From Rhodospirillales bacterium (GTDB taxonomy: Bacteria > Pseudomonadota > Alphaproteobacteria > Rhodospirillales > Casp-alpha2), in the NCBI GenBank assembly GCA_048263775.1, contig JBLXDU010000005.1, positions 76,953 through 140,952 of the forward strand: a stretch of DNA of 64,000 nt, in the 5' to 3' direction. Below, one piece after another: positions 8,564-16,716 of this stretch. The notes beneath the pieces are model-generated. The model searched no databases. It saw only the letters and a list, made by a program, of their open reading frames with translations, and was not told the DNA's origin. Each line of letters begins with the position of its first letter. The first letter of the stretch is position 1. Position numbers and translations under genes: made by a program.

Positions 8564-9384
8564 TGGCCTTCCCCTTCGATCGCGGCGCCGAAACGCGCCA
8601 GGCTTTCGGCAAGCCGGTCCGGCCGTTCCAGCGGCAGCAAATGCCCGGCATCCGGCCAATCCTCGCGCTGTGCGTCGGGCAGGCGTTTGTACAAGCGGTC
8701 CACGACCTCCGCATCAAGGAACACCCGGTCCTGATGACCGGTGATCACCAGAGTCGGCAAGGTCAGGTCCTCATAGGTGATGTCCCAATCCGTGGCCCTG
8801 GCATTGCGCATGAGGTTCATATGCCCATGGGCCGGATCCATGGGCGCATAGTCGCCTTTAAGGAAATTCGCCCGCGATTGCGCCGCGAATTCCGGGTTCA
8901 CCAGCAGCGGGAACAGGGCGTCCATGAACAGCGGCACACCGCCGGCGCCGACGATGACCTCCATGGCGTCATTGACCCAGGCGATGCGCGGGCCGATTTC
9001 GCGCAGGGTGTTCAGCAATACCAGCCCCCGGACGGGAACGACCTTCCGCAGGACGGCCTGAGCGGCGAACAGGCCGCCGATGGACAGACCGGCGAGCACG
9101 GTGTTGCTGGGCGCGCAGGCCTTGAGCAAGGCGCATAGGTCGTCGACGATCAACGCCGGCGTCAGTTCGGTCCCAGTTGCGAAGGGCGCCCCTTCCTGAC
9201 CCCTGAAATTATAGCTGAGCGTGCCGAAGCCGCCGTCCCGCAGGCGGGGTGCCACCACGGCTTCCCAAGCCACGGTGCTGCCCGTCAGGGCATTGACGAA
9301 CACGAAGGTCGGAGCGCCGTCGCGCGCCGGTTCGTGGTGGTCATAAGGCAGGGCGTCGTCGGGCCCCAGGGTCAGGCGCTTCAT
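8560..9384 (-). CDS. Alpha/beta-fold hydrolase
   Basis: The internal ATG at 9384 (MKRLTLGPDD...) overlaps the GntR stop (ATGA). Nucleophile elbow GLSIGG is present. Overall length fits the alpha/beta hydrolase fold. Confidence 0.8.
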   Translation of the reverse strand: MKRLTLGPDDALPYDHHEPARDGAPTFVFVNALTGSTVAWEAVVAPRLRDGGFGTLSYNFRGQEGAPFATGTELTPALIVDDLCALLKACAPSNTVLAGLSIGGLFAAQAVLRKVVPVRGLVLLNTLREIGPRIAWVNDAMEVIVGAGGVPLFMDALFPLLVNPEFAAQSRANFLKGDYAPMDPAHGHMNLMRNARATDWDITYEDLTLPTLVITGHQDRVFLDAEVVDRLYKRLPDAQREDWPDAGHLLPLERPDRLAESLARFGAAIEGEGQ

Positions 9385-10079
9385 GTGATGGGAGAGTCCT
9401 TCGTCAGGCTGGCCTCGGCGGTGGTCGCCGCGGCCTGGGTGTGATGGGTGGACAGGCGTTCGGCCTCGGGTGCATTGCCGGCCAGCACCGCCGCCAGGAT
9501 GGCGCGATGCTGCACCCACGGCTCCGGCCGCCCGCCGGGATGGGTCAGCACGGCCTGCATGGAGCGGCGGAAATGAACCCAATGGGGCCGCGTCACATCC
9601 TCGATCAGCGGATTGCCGGACAGCCGGTAGAGGCCGACGTGAAACTGCATGTCGGCGTTGATCCGCCGGGCCAAATCGCGGGGTTTCTCGACGATTCCGG
9701 GGCCAAGGTCTTGATACCGATCGGCCAGGTCTTGCAGGCGCGCCACCTCACCGGGCGCGGCCTCTCCCCGCGCCACGCGGCCCGCGGCCAAACGCGCGGC
9801 CAGACCATCCAGGGGTCCGCGAATTTGATAAAGCTGCACGACCAGGGCCGGGTCCATGGGCGCCACCGTCAGGCCCTTGCGCCCAAGGGTGACCAGGACC
9901 CCCTGCTCCTTCAGCACGTTCAGGGCATGGCTGACCGGCTGACGCGACACGCCCAGTTCTTCCGCCAGCTTTTCCTGCGCCAAACGCTCGCCAGCCCGGT
10001 ACATGCCCTGCAGGATGGAATCGACGATGGCGTCACGCACGCGTTCCGCCAGGGCAGGCATCGGGTCAAGTCGGGGCAT
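9381..10079 (-). CDS. GntR family (FadR/FCD-type) transcriptional regulator
   Basis: HTH EKLAEELGVSRQPVSHALNVLKEQGVL plus a C-terminal FCD-like helical domain. The track start at 10118 is a TTG inside an AT-rich palindromic region, so I prefer the ATG at 10079 (MPRLDPMPALAERV). Confidence 0.85.
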   Translation of the reverse strand: MPRLDPMPALAERVRDAIVDSILQGMYRAGERLAQEKLAEELGVSRQPVSHALNVLKEQGVLVTLGRKGLTVAPMDPALVVQLYQIRGPLDGLAARLAAGRVARGEAAPGEVARLQDLADRYQDLGPGIVEKPRDLARRINADMQFHVGLYRLSGNPLIEDVTRPHWVHFRRSMQAVLTHPGGRPEPWVQHRAILAAVLAGNAPEAERLSTHHTQAAATTAEASLTKDSPIT

Positions 10080-10092
10080 CGCATCACGCCAT

Positions 10093-10113
10093 TTCTGAAT
10101 TCCGTATTCAGAA
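10093..10113. promoter_or_regulatory. Inverted repeat TTCTGAAT-N5-ATTCAGAA, candidate GntR autoregulatory operator
   Basis: Perfect 8-bp arms seen directly, 14 to 34 bp upstream of the preferred GntR start. It lies in the AT-rich divergent region shared with the Amt-kinase gene. Confidence 0.35.
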
Positions 10114-10393
10114 TTCAATAATTTAATTAACGAGACCTGTCAAAACCCGGCTGCCGAAGGTCCGGATTTCATCATGGGAAAGTCCGTTTTGGCCTTGTCC
10201 GCGCGTCCGGAGAGCCGTAAAATTTTCCTTATGTTGCAATGCAGCATTATGTGTTTTCGCCACACAGCCTGATTTCTCCATAGAAGGAGCCTTTCTTGCA
10301 GAAATTTCGATGCGGCGCCCCGGCGATGCCCCGACCCGGGCGCATCAATCCCGCCCCGCCTGAAGCCAAACAGCCGAACGCGGGCGGGGCCTG

Positions 10394-12454
10394 ATGGACG
10401 CAACGAAAATCGACATCGTCTGGGTTCTGACCGCGTCGGCCTTGGTCTTCATGATGCAGGCCGGGTTCTGCTGCCTGGAAAGCGGCTCCGTCCGTTCCAA
10501 GAACTCGATCAACGTGGCGGCCAAGAACTTCGCCGACTTCTGCATCTCCGCCGGCGTGTTTTGGTTCGTCGGCTTCGGCCTGATGTTCGGCGCCAGCTAC
10601 AACGGCCTGATCGGGACGGAAAACTTCCTGTTCTCCCTGACCGACCCCAAATCGGCGACCTTCTTCGTCTTCCAGCTCATGTTCTGCGGCACGGCGACAA
10701 CCATCGTGTCCGGCGCCATCGCCGAGAGGGCGCGCTACTCGGGATACCTCCTGATCAGCCTTGTCGTCGCCCTGCTGATCTATCCGGTCTTCGGCCATTG
10801 GGCCTGGGGCGGTGCCTTCGGCGGCGATCCCGGGTGGCTCGTGTCCCTGGGTTTCGTCGACTTCGCCGGCGGCACGGTGGTCCATTCCATTGCCGGCTGG
10901 GTCAGTCTGGCGGCCGTGATCATTATCGGCCCCCGCACCGGGCGGTTCGACGGATCGGGCGCCCCCTTTCGCAGCCACTCGCTACCGCTGGCAGCACTCG
11001 GCGTGTTCATCATCTGGGTCGGTTGGATCGGGTTCAACGGCGGCAGCACCCTGGCGGCCACGGACAAAGTGCCGCATATCATTCTCAACACCGTCATTGC
11101 CGGCGCCTTCGGCGGCCTGGGAGCGATGTTGTTAGGCCCCATCATGATGAAGCGGCTTGACGTTCCGACCATGCTCAACGGTGCGCTCGCCGGTTTGGTC
11201 GCGATCACGCCGGCGGCCCATTGCGTATCGACCGTCGGGGCGGTGATCCTGGGCGCCGTCGGCGGCGGGCTTTGCGTGCTGACCTCGCTGCTGCTCGACC
11301 GCTGGAAGTTCGACGACGTGGTCTATGCCTTTCCCGTGCACGGTGTTGCTGGCGTGTGGGGCACCATGGCCGTTGCCCTCCTGGGCGACCTGGAAACGCT
11401 CGGCACCGGCCTCGACCGATGGGGACAGTTCCTGGCCCAGGGCACCGGTGTTCTGACCGCCGCCGTCTGGGCCTTCGGCATCAGCTACCTCCTGCTGTCA
11501 CTCATCAACAAGTTCGTGCCGCTGCGCGTGTCACCGGAGGCCGAACGCATCGGCCTGAACGTCAGCGAACACAACCAGTCGACGGAACAACTCGACATTC
11601 TGCGGTCCATGGAAGTGCAGCGCCTGACCGGCGATTTCTCCCGGCCCATTCCGGTCGAGCCCAATTCCGATATCGGCGACATCGCGCGCCAGTACAACTT
11701 GGTGCTGGAAAACCTGTATTCGGCGAAAATGGAGGCCGAACAGGCCAGCAAAGCGAAATCCAACTTTCTCGCCTCCATGAGCCATGAATTGCGCACGCCG
11801 CTGAACGCCATCATCGGGTTTTCGGAAATGATCAACCGGCAGTATTTCGGCCCCCTGGGATCGGAGAAATACCACGAGTATGCCGGCGACATCATGCACT
11901 CCAGCCGCCATTTGCTGTCCCTGGTCGACGACATCCTCGACTTGTCGAAGATCGAGGCCGGGCGCAACATCCTCAACCGGTCCCTCATCGACATCGCCGC
12001 CCTGTTCGACGATTGCCTGCGCGTGGTCACCGGGGCCATCGACTGCAATCAGATCTATTTCGACATCAAGGTGCCGGAGACGGTCTCGCAGCTTTTCGCG
12101 GACGAGCGCGCGATCAAGCAGGTGGTTCTCAACCTGTTGTTCAACGCCGTGAAGTTCACGCCGCCGGGCGGACTGGTGACCTTGAGCGCCCGAGAAGAGC
12201 CGGGCCGCCATATCCTTGAGGTCTCCGATACCGGTAAAGGCATTCCCGACGAAAAGCTGGAACGCGTGATCGAGCCGTTCCAGCAACTGCATTCCGACCC
12301 GCACATCGCCCAACTGGGCACGGGGCTTGGCCTGTCCATCGCCAAGGCCCTGACCGAAGCCCACGACGGCGAACTTCAGATCGACAGCCGTGTCGGGCGC
12401 GGCACCACCGTGCGGGTGCTTCTGCCGATCCGCACAGCGGTCGACGCGAAGTAG
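10394..12454 (+). CDS. Ammonium transporter (Amt) domain fused to a sensor histidine kinase (HisKA + HATPase_c)
   Basis: 686-aa ORF. The N-terminal ~400 aa are Amt-like (MQAGFCCLESGSVRSKNSINV, HWAWGG, DFAGGTVVHSIAGW, FPVHGVAGVWGT, i.e. both pore His positions). The C-terminus has H-box SNFLASMSHELRTPLNAI, N-box LLFNAVKFTPPGG, G1 VSDTGKGIP and G2 GTGLGLSIAKAL. Confidence 0.9.
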   Translation: MDATKIDIVWVLTASALVFMMQAGFCCLESGSVRSKNSINVAAKNFADFCISAGVFWFVGFGLMFGASYNGLIGTENFLFSLTDPKSATFFVFQLMFCGTATTIVSGAIAERARYSGYLLISLVVALLIYPVFGHWAWGGAFGGDPGWLVSLGFVDFAGGTVVHSIAGWVSLAAVIIIGPRTGRFDGSGAPFRSHSLPLAALGVFIIWVGWIGFNGGSTLAATDKVPHIILNTVIAGAFGGLGAMLLGPIMMKRLDVPTMLNGALAGLVAITPAAHCVSTVGAVILGAVGGGLCVLTSLLLDRWKFDDVVYAFPVHGVAGVWGTMAVALLGDLETLGTGLDRWGQFLAQGTGVLTAAVWAFGISYLLLSLINKFVPLRVSPEAERIGLNVSEHNQSTEQLDILRSMEVQRLTGDFSRPIPVEPNSDIGDIARQYNLVLENLYSAKMEAEQASKAKSNFLASMSHELRTPLNAIIGFSEMINRQYFGPLGSEKYHEYAGDIMHSSRHLLSLVDDILDLSKIEAGRNILNRSLIDIAALFDDCLRVVTGAIDCNQIYFDIKVPETVSQLFADERAIKQVVLNLLFNAVKFTPPGGLVTLSAREEPGRHILEVSDTGKGIPDEKLERVIEPFQQLHSDPHIAQLGTGLGLSIAKALTEAHDGELQIDSRVGRGTTVRVLLPIRTAVDAK

Positions 12455-12484
12455 CAGGCCCAAGCGGATGATCGAGCAGCGGCT

Positions 12485-14044
12485 TTATTCCTTCGACCGC
12501 GAGCGCCCCAAAACGATGGCCGGGATCAGGGTCAGCGCGAAGATCAGGGCGACTTGGCGGAACGAATCGTGGAATGCGAAGGTATTCGCCTGGGCGTAAA
12601 GAACGCGGCCCAGGAAATCCAATGCCATGGCGCCGTCGGCGGGGGCCGGCACACCGCCCGCGTTCAACAGGTCGCGCACCTTGTCCAGCATCTCCGCCGT
12701 CGGCCCCTTGGCATTTGTCTGGGTCGCGGTCAGGAAATCGGCGTGATAGGCGGTGCGCATTTCGATCGTCACGGCCGTCAGGTTGACGCCGAAAGCCCCG
12801 CCCATCTGACGGAAGAAATTGAAGGTACCCGCCCCTTGCGCGATCTTGTCCGCCGGCACGGCGGACAGCGCCGCCTTGCCCATGTTGGGGGAAATCAGGC
12901 TCATGGAGCCGCGCGTCCACATGGCCAGCAGTGCCACCGTCACAAAGCCCGTGTTGACGTCGATGGTCGCCAGCGCCATGGCCGCCACGGCGAAGGTGCT
13001 GCAGCCGACGATGATCGGCCAATGGGGCGGAACCGCATCGGCGAGCCGTCCCGAGGCCTGCATCATCATGACCAGCAACAGCCCCGCCGGCACCAGGACC
13101 AAACCGGCCTTGGTCGCCGTGTACCCCTGGATGGTCTGGGTGAACAGCGGGATCGAATAGTTGGTCGCGAAATTACCCAGCCCGAAGGCAAAGGCCACGG
13201 CCACGGCCGAGGCGAAGCGCGCATCGAGAAACAGCTTGGGATCGAGAAGCGGGCTTTTGGAGCGCAGCTGAGTCGCCACGAACAGGACCGCAGAAAGAAT
13301 GCCGATCAGCATGAACGACAGGAATTTGGCTGATTCCCAGCCCCAACGTTGGGCATTTCCGATCCCCGCCATCAGCGTAATCAGCGCCACGCACAGCAGG
13401 ATGAACCCGGGCCAATCGAAGCTCGGCTTCTTTTCCAGGGGATTGCGCGCGGGCATGAAGGTCAGCGCCATGATGGCCGACAAGGCGACCAACGGCAGCG
13501 GCACGATGAAGACATGGCGCCAGGTCACCAGGTCGATGGTCACGCCGCCGACCAGCGGCCCGAAGGTCGGCGCCAGCGCGATCCCCATGCCGACGGTCCC
13601 GACAGCCAGGCCCCGGCGTTCCGGCGGAAACACGGCGACCGCCGTGGCCAGTGCCAGGGGCTGCACCAGGCCGGCGCTGAAGCCCTGCATGATACGCCCC
13701 AGGATCAGCACTTCGATGGACGGGCTGACCGCCGCCAGCACGGCGCCTGCGGCGAACACGCCAAGCGCCATCAGGCAGGTGTTCCGTGGCCCGATGAAGC
13801 GTGAAGTCCAGGAATTGAGCAACTGGCTCGCGACCATGGTCGTCAGAAAGGCCGTCGAGGCCCATTGCGCCAAGTCCTGGCCGATGCCGAAGGCCCCCAT
13901 GATCGACGGGATCGAGACGTTGACGATGGTCGACGACAGCACCATCGTCATCGATGCCAGCATGCCGCAGGCCGTCGCCCACCAGCGATAGGACGGACCG
14001 AACCGTTCGAACTGTCTGGCGATGGCGGGGTTGTCGGTCTGCAC
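12485..14044 (-). CDS. MFS transporter, DHA2 (EmrB/QacA-like, 14-TMS) drug:H+ antiporter family
   Basis: 519-aa ORF with about 14 hydrophobic segments. The N-terminal region (YRWWATACGMLASMTMVLSSTIVNVSIPSIMGAFG) is typical of DHA2 exporters. Confidence 0.9.
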   Translation of the reverse strand: MQTDNPAIARQFERFGPSYRWWATACGMLASMTMVLSSTIVNVSIPSIMGAFGIGQDLAQWASTAFLTTMVASQLLNSWTSRFIGPRNTCLMALGVFAAGAVLAAVSPSIEVLILGRIMQGFSAGLVQPLALATAVAVFPPERRGLAVGTVGMGIALAPTFGPLVGGVTIDLVTWRHVFIVPLPLVALSAIMALTFMPARNPLEKKPSFDWPGFILLCVALITLMAGIGNAQRWGWESAKFLSFMLIGILSAVLFVATQLRSKSPLLDPKLFLDARFASAVAVAFAFGLGNFATNYSIPLFTQTIQGYTATKAGLVLVPAGLLLVMMMQASGRLADAVPPHWPIIVGCSTFAVAAMALATIDVNTGFVTVALLAMWTRGSMSLISPNMGKAALSAVPADKIAQGAGTFNFFRQMGGAFGVNLTAVTIEMRTAYHADFLTATQTNAKGPTAEMLDKVRDLLNAGGVPAPADGAMALDFLGRVLYAQANTFAFHDSFRQVALIFALTLIPAIVLGRSRSKE

Positions 14045-14160
14045 GCTGGCGTTATCCGGTTACGAGGGCATGCCGGAAAAGCCTCGGGACGGTTATACGC
14101 CCGCCCCTGCCTGCCTCCCAGCGTTTGGGATTGTATACAAATCGCAGGCGTGCGGGATGA

Positions 14161-14184
14161 AAAAAAGCAGGCCGTTAGGCCTGC
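14161..14184 (-). terminator. Rho-independent terminator
   Basis: On the minus strand GCAGGCC-UAAC-GGCCUGC is followed by UUUUUU, 42 nt after the stop at 14226. Confidence 0.7.
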
Positions 14185-14225
14185 CTTTCCTGTCGCGATC
14201 CGCCCCTACGGCGGCGGGCGGTTTT

Positions 14226-14456
14226 TTACGCCTTGGCGATCGACTTGATCGGCGCGCGGGCCTGGCCCGAACGCTCGGCGATGTCGTTGTCCTGCTGTTC
14301 GATGGCGGCGCGCACCAGATCTTCCAGGGCATCGCCATAGGACTGGTCGAGCAGATCCGTCGACACCCGGCGGTTCGAGGTCACTGTCCCGTCGCCGTAG
14401 GTTACGTTGAACATGAGGAACTGAGGGCTCTTGCCCTTGGATTTCTTGCCGGCCAT
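14226..14456 (-). CDS. Small hypothetical protein (76 aa)
   Basis: The internal ATG at 14456 (MAGKKSKGKSPQFLMFNVTYGDG...) is preceded by GGAGG 7 nt upstream. G/C-rich third positions. A terminator lies downstream. Confidence 0.55.
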   Translation of the reverse strand: MAGKKSKGKSPQFLMFNVTYGDGTVTSNRRVSTDLLDQSYGDALEDLVRAAIEQQDNDIAERSGQARAPIKSIAKA

Positions 14457-14605
14457 GTGGAGGCCTCCGTTGGACAGGTTTAAGGACGGGCCGAATTCGG
14501 CCACCCCAGGGTTATCTGTCGGAAATTAAGCGTCGGAAATAAGAGACATCGTGCTCTTGGCGCAGGGCATATCGTTTTTTTGTCGAAAATGCAAATTCAA
14601 TCAAA

Positions 14606-14640
14606 TGAAAAGCCCCGCAACCGGTTCGGGTCGTGGGGCT
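14606..14640 (-). terminator. Hairpin plus U-run downstream of tRNA-Met
   Basis: AGCCCCGC...GTGGGGCT stem (one G-U pair) at 14612..14640, followed on the minus strand by TTTTC. It lies 8 nt after the tRNA 3' end. Confidence 0.5.
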
Positions 14641-14647
14641 TGGGAAT

Positions 14648-14724
14648 TGGTAGCGGAGGAGGGACTCGAACCCCCGACACGCGGATTATGATTCCGCTGC
14701 TCTAACCAGCTGAGCTACTCCGCC
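14648..14724 (-). tRNA. tRNA-Met (anticodon CAT); elongator type, lysidine-modified tRNA-Ile2 not excluded
   Basis: Reverse complement reads GGCGGAG-TA-GCTC-AGCTGGTTA-GAGC-A-GCGGA-ATCATAA-TCCGC-GTGTC-GGGGG-TTCGAGT-CCCTC-CTCCGCT-A-CCA. This is a full cloverleaf with encoded CCA. There is no C1xA72 mismatch and no GGG/CCC anticodon stem, so it is not an initiator. Confidence 0.9.
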
Positions 14725-14906
14725 CCCGTGTTGGGGCCGGCCGCGGGTCAGAGACCCGTTGAACGGCGTGGAGGGATTTAAGGCCCTGTCGCGCAGGTGT
14801 CAAGAAAGACCTGCCCGCCTCGGGAACCTCTCTATCGAACAATAACAGTGCATCCGGCGGCACGCCGGACGAAATGGCTTAGAAGGGGCCGTTTCCGGCG
14901 TCCGGC

Positions 14907-15101
14907 TTAGCTGGAACTCCAGCGCCAATCGCGGCCGTTCAGCGGGCCGCAGGCGTTGCGTGCCCCCTTCATCATGCGGGCCTTGGCGGCGGACGGGGCC
15001 TTTTTCGCCTTGTCCGCTGCGGCGCCACCAACCATTTCGTTCTGCAAACGCTGCAGTTCGGTCTGCTTGATGGTCGGTTTTCGGGTCTTGTCCTGGTCCA
15101 C
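14907..15101 (-). CDS. Small hypothetical basic protein (64 aa)
   Basis: GTG start at 15101 preceded by GGAGAGG 4 nt upstream. G/C-rich third positions. The competing 106-aa ORF 14800..15120 is Arg/Pro-rich and looks non-coding. Confidence 0.5.
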   Translation of the reverse strand: MDQDKTRKPTIKQTELQRLQNEMVGGAAADKAKKAPSAAKARMMKGARNACGPLNGRDWRWSSS

Positions 15102-15178
15102 CGCACCTCTCCGTCAACATGTCAGGCTTTTGTCAGGTTGTGGAAAGCGACTCGTAGCAAATACCACCGAAAGAGTCA

Positions 15179-15194
15179 TGTGATATGCATCACA
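15179..15194. promoter_or_regulatory. Perfect CRP-type palindrome TGTGA-N6-TCACA
   Basis: TGTGATATGCATCACA seen directly. Its centre is about 85 bp upstream of the GTG start at 15101 (minus strand). Confidence 0.4.
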
Positions 15195-15288
15195 AGCGTC
15201 CAAAAAGCTGTGGAATATTCGCAAAAGCGAATGGCCGCCCCTCCAGGAGCGGCGGGCGGCCATTCAGCGCAAGGATCAGATGCTGGTA

Positions 15289-15786
15289 TTAACGAAAGGG
15301 CGGCGCGTCCGCGTCTGCTGAGCCAGTCAGGCTGTTCAGCTTGTCCTGCGAATCCTGCCGGATCGACCGGCTGAGGTGTTCATGGGCCTGGCGCAGCAGG
15401 GCCTGGGTGGCGACCGGCGAGGCTTCGCGGGCGACGGGCTCCTGATAGCCGGGGGCCAGCCACGGCCGGTCCGCCAAGTCGCCCTTGGGCATGGCGCGGA
15501 CCACCGGTTCCGGATCCTTGACCCAGGCGTTGACCATGGGTGGCGCCTGATACTGGGCCGGGGCCGGCTTAGGCGGGGCATCAAAGCGCGACGGATGCTT
15601 GCCGTAATAGTTGACCAGCCGCCGATCCTCGCCGGCGATAGGCTCACGGTAGCATTCCACGCTGCCGCCCAGCGCCGCATAGCAATAGGTCGGCTCAAAA
15701 TCTGCAACGCCTTCTTCGTACTTGTCCACGTACCCGCACGCGGTCAGCACGGCCGAAAAGGCAATGGCTGCGATGATCTTTCTCAT
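15289..15786 (-). CDS. Lipoprotein, function unknown
   Basis: The internal ATG at 15786 gives MRKIIAAIAFSAVLTAC, a signal peptide with lipobox L-T-A-C. Confidence 0.7.
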   Translation of the reverse strand: MRKIIAAIAFSAVLTACGYVDKYEEGVADFEPTYCYAALGGSVECYREPIAGEDRRLVNYYGKHPSRFDAPPKPAPAQYQAPPMVNAWVKDPEPVVRAMPKGDLADRPWLAPGYQEPVAREASPVATQALLRQAHEHLSRSIRQDSQDKLNSLTGSADADAPPFR

Positions 15787-15882
15787 GGGCGTTCTATCCC
15801 ATCCTGCGTCAAAAACTCGTCCGACTTCAGAATGCCACCCGATGGTTAGCAATTGGTTAATTCGGCCGGCGCAAGCAGCCCG

Positions 15883-16701
15883 TCACCCCCGCCGGAAGAG
15901 CTTGACGAATTCCGGCAGCGGCGGCGCGCTGGTGGCGAAGTCGAAAGTCCCGGCATCGAGCATTTCCCGGGCATCCGCCATGGCTTTACCGTAAGCCGAG
16001 CGGAACAGCGAGCCGCCGACGCTGATGCGTTTGACCCCCAGTTCCGCCATTTCCTGAAAGTTCAGCGTCATGCCGGAAATACCGCCCAGAACGTTGACCG
16101 GCCGGTCGACGGAGGAAATTACGGCCCGCACCTCGTCCGCCGTCTTGAGCCCCGGCGCGTACAGAACGTCGGCACCGGCGTCCTGATAGGCCTGGAGGCG
16201 CTTGATGGTGTCATCCAGATCAGGATTGCCGCGGATCAGGTTCTCCGCCCGGGCGGTCAACACGAAGGGCGGGTTGACCGAGCGCGCGGCCTCGACGGCG
16301 GCCGTCAGCCGGTCGACCGCCTCGGCCATGTCGTAGATGGCCTCGCCGTCGTAGTCCTCGAGCGAGCCGCCGGCGAGCCCGGTGCCCGCCGCAAGCCGGA
16401 TATTTCCGGCGACGCCCTCGGCGGTGTCGGCGTAGGCGTTCTCGAAGTCCGCATTGATCGGTACATCGACGCCGGCGCAAAGCTCCCGGAAATGGGCGAA
16501 ATGATCCTCGACCGTCGCATCGCCGTCGACCTGCCCCCGGGACAGATTATATCCCGCACTGGTCGTCGCCAGCGCCTTGAAGCCCATGGCTTCCAACATG
16601 CGGGCGGATCCCAGGTCCCAGGGATTGGGAATGATGAAACACCCGGGGTCGGCATGCAGTTTTTGAAATGCCGCTACCTTGGCCGCTTGGTCCATGCCCA
16701 C
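15883..16701 (-). CDS. Isocitrate lyase / PEP mutase family protein (2-methylisocitrate lyase / carboxyvinyl-carboxyphosphonate phosphorylmutase-like)
   Basis: 272-aa ORF. FIIPNPWDLGSARMLEAMGFKALATTSAGY and EDxxxxG-type blocks are typical of the ICL/PEPM superfamily. Confidence 0.85.
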   Translation of the reverse strand: MGMDQAAKVAAFQKLHADPGCFIIPNPWDLGSARMLEAMGFKALATTSAGYNLSRGQVDGDATVEDHFAHFRELCAGVDVPINADFENAYADTAEGVAGNIRLAAGTGLAGGSLEDYDGEAIYDMAEAVDRLTAAVEAARSVNPPFVLTARAENLIRGNPDLDDTIKRLQAYQDAGADVLYAPGLKTADEVRAVISSVDRPVNVLGGISGMTLNFQEMAELGVKRISVGGSLFRSAYGKAMADAREMLDAGTFDFATSAPPLPEFVKLFRRG

Positions 16702-16716
16702 CCTCCCGGCCTAAGA

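Noticed and set aside
7547-8734. A 395-aa plus-strand ORF, plus the similar antisense ORFs 10247..10978, 12156..13022, 42573..43157, 43275..44246, 44111..45025, 49670..51010, 54086..55018, 59547..60365 and 60399..61217.
   Set aside because: Each lies opposite a gene with strong family motifs and has Arg/Pro/Gly/His-rich, domain-free translations. I treat them as shadow ORFs.
10119-10393. A sigma-54 (TGGCAC-N5-TTGC) promoter or NtrC sites (TGCACC-N5-GGTGCA) upstream of the Amt-kinase gene. A similar check was made upstream of the TAXI operon (62501..62974).
   Set aside because: I could find no match with correct GG/GC spacing on either strand. Only partial look-alikes are present, such as CGGCACCGGTGCAC.
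14518-14545. A CtrA box (TTAA-N7-TTAA) reading of TTAAGCGTCGGAAAT.
   Set aside because: The second half-site is AAAT rather than TTAA, so it does not meet the consensus. It is kept only as a direct-repeat observation.
14648-14724. tRNA-Met and tRNA-Pro (52012..52088) as integration sites for genomic islands or prophages.
   Set aside because: There is no integrase, excisionase or phage gene, and no direct repeat of a tRNA 3' end, next to either tRNA. The flanking genes look like ordinary core or hypothetical genes.
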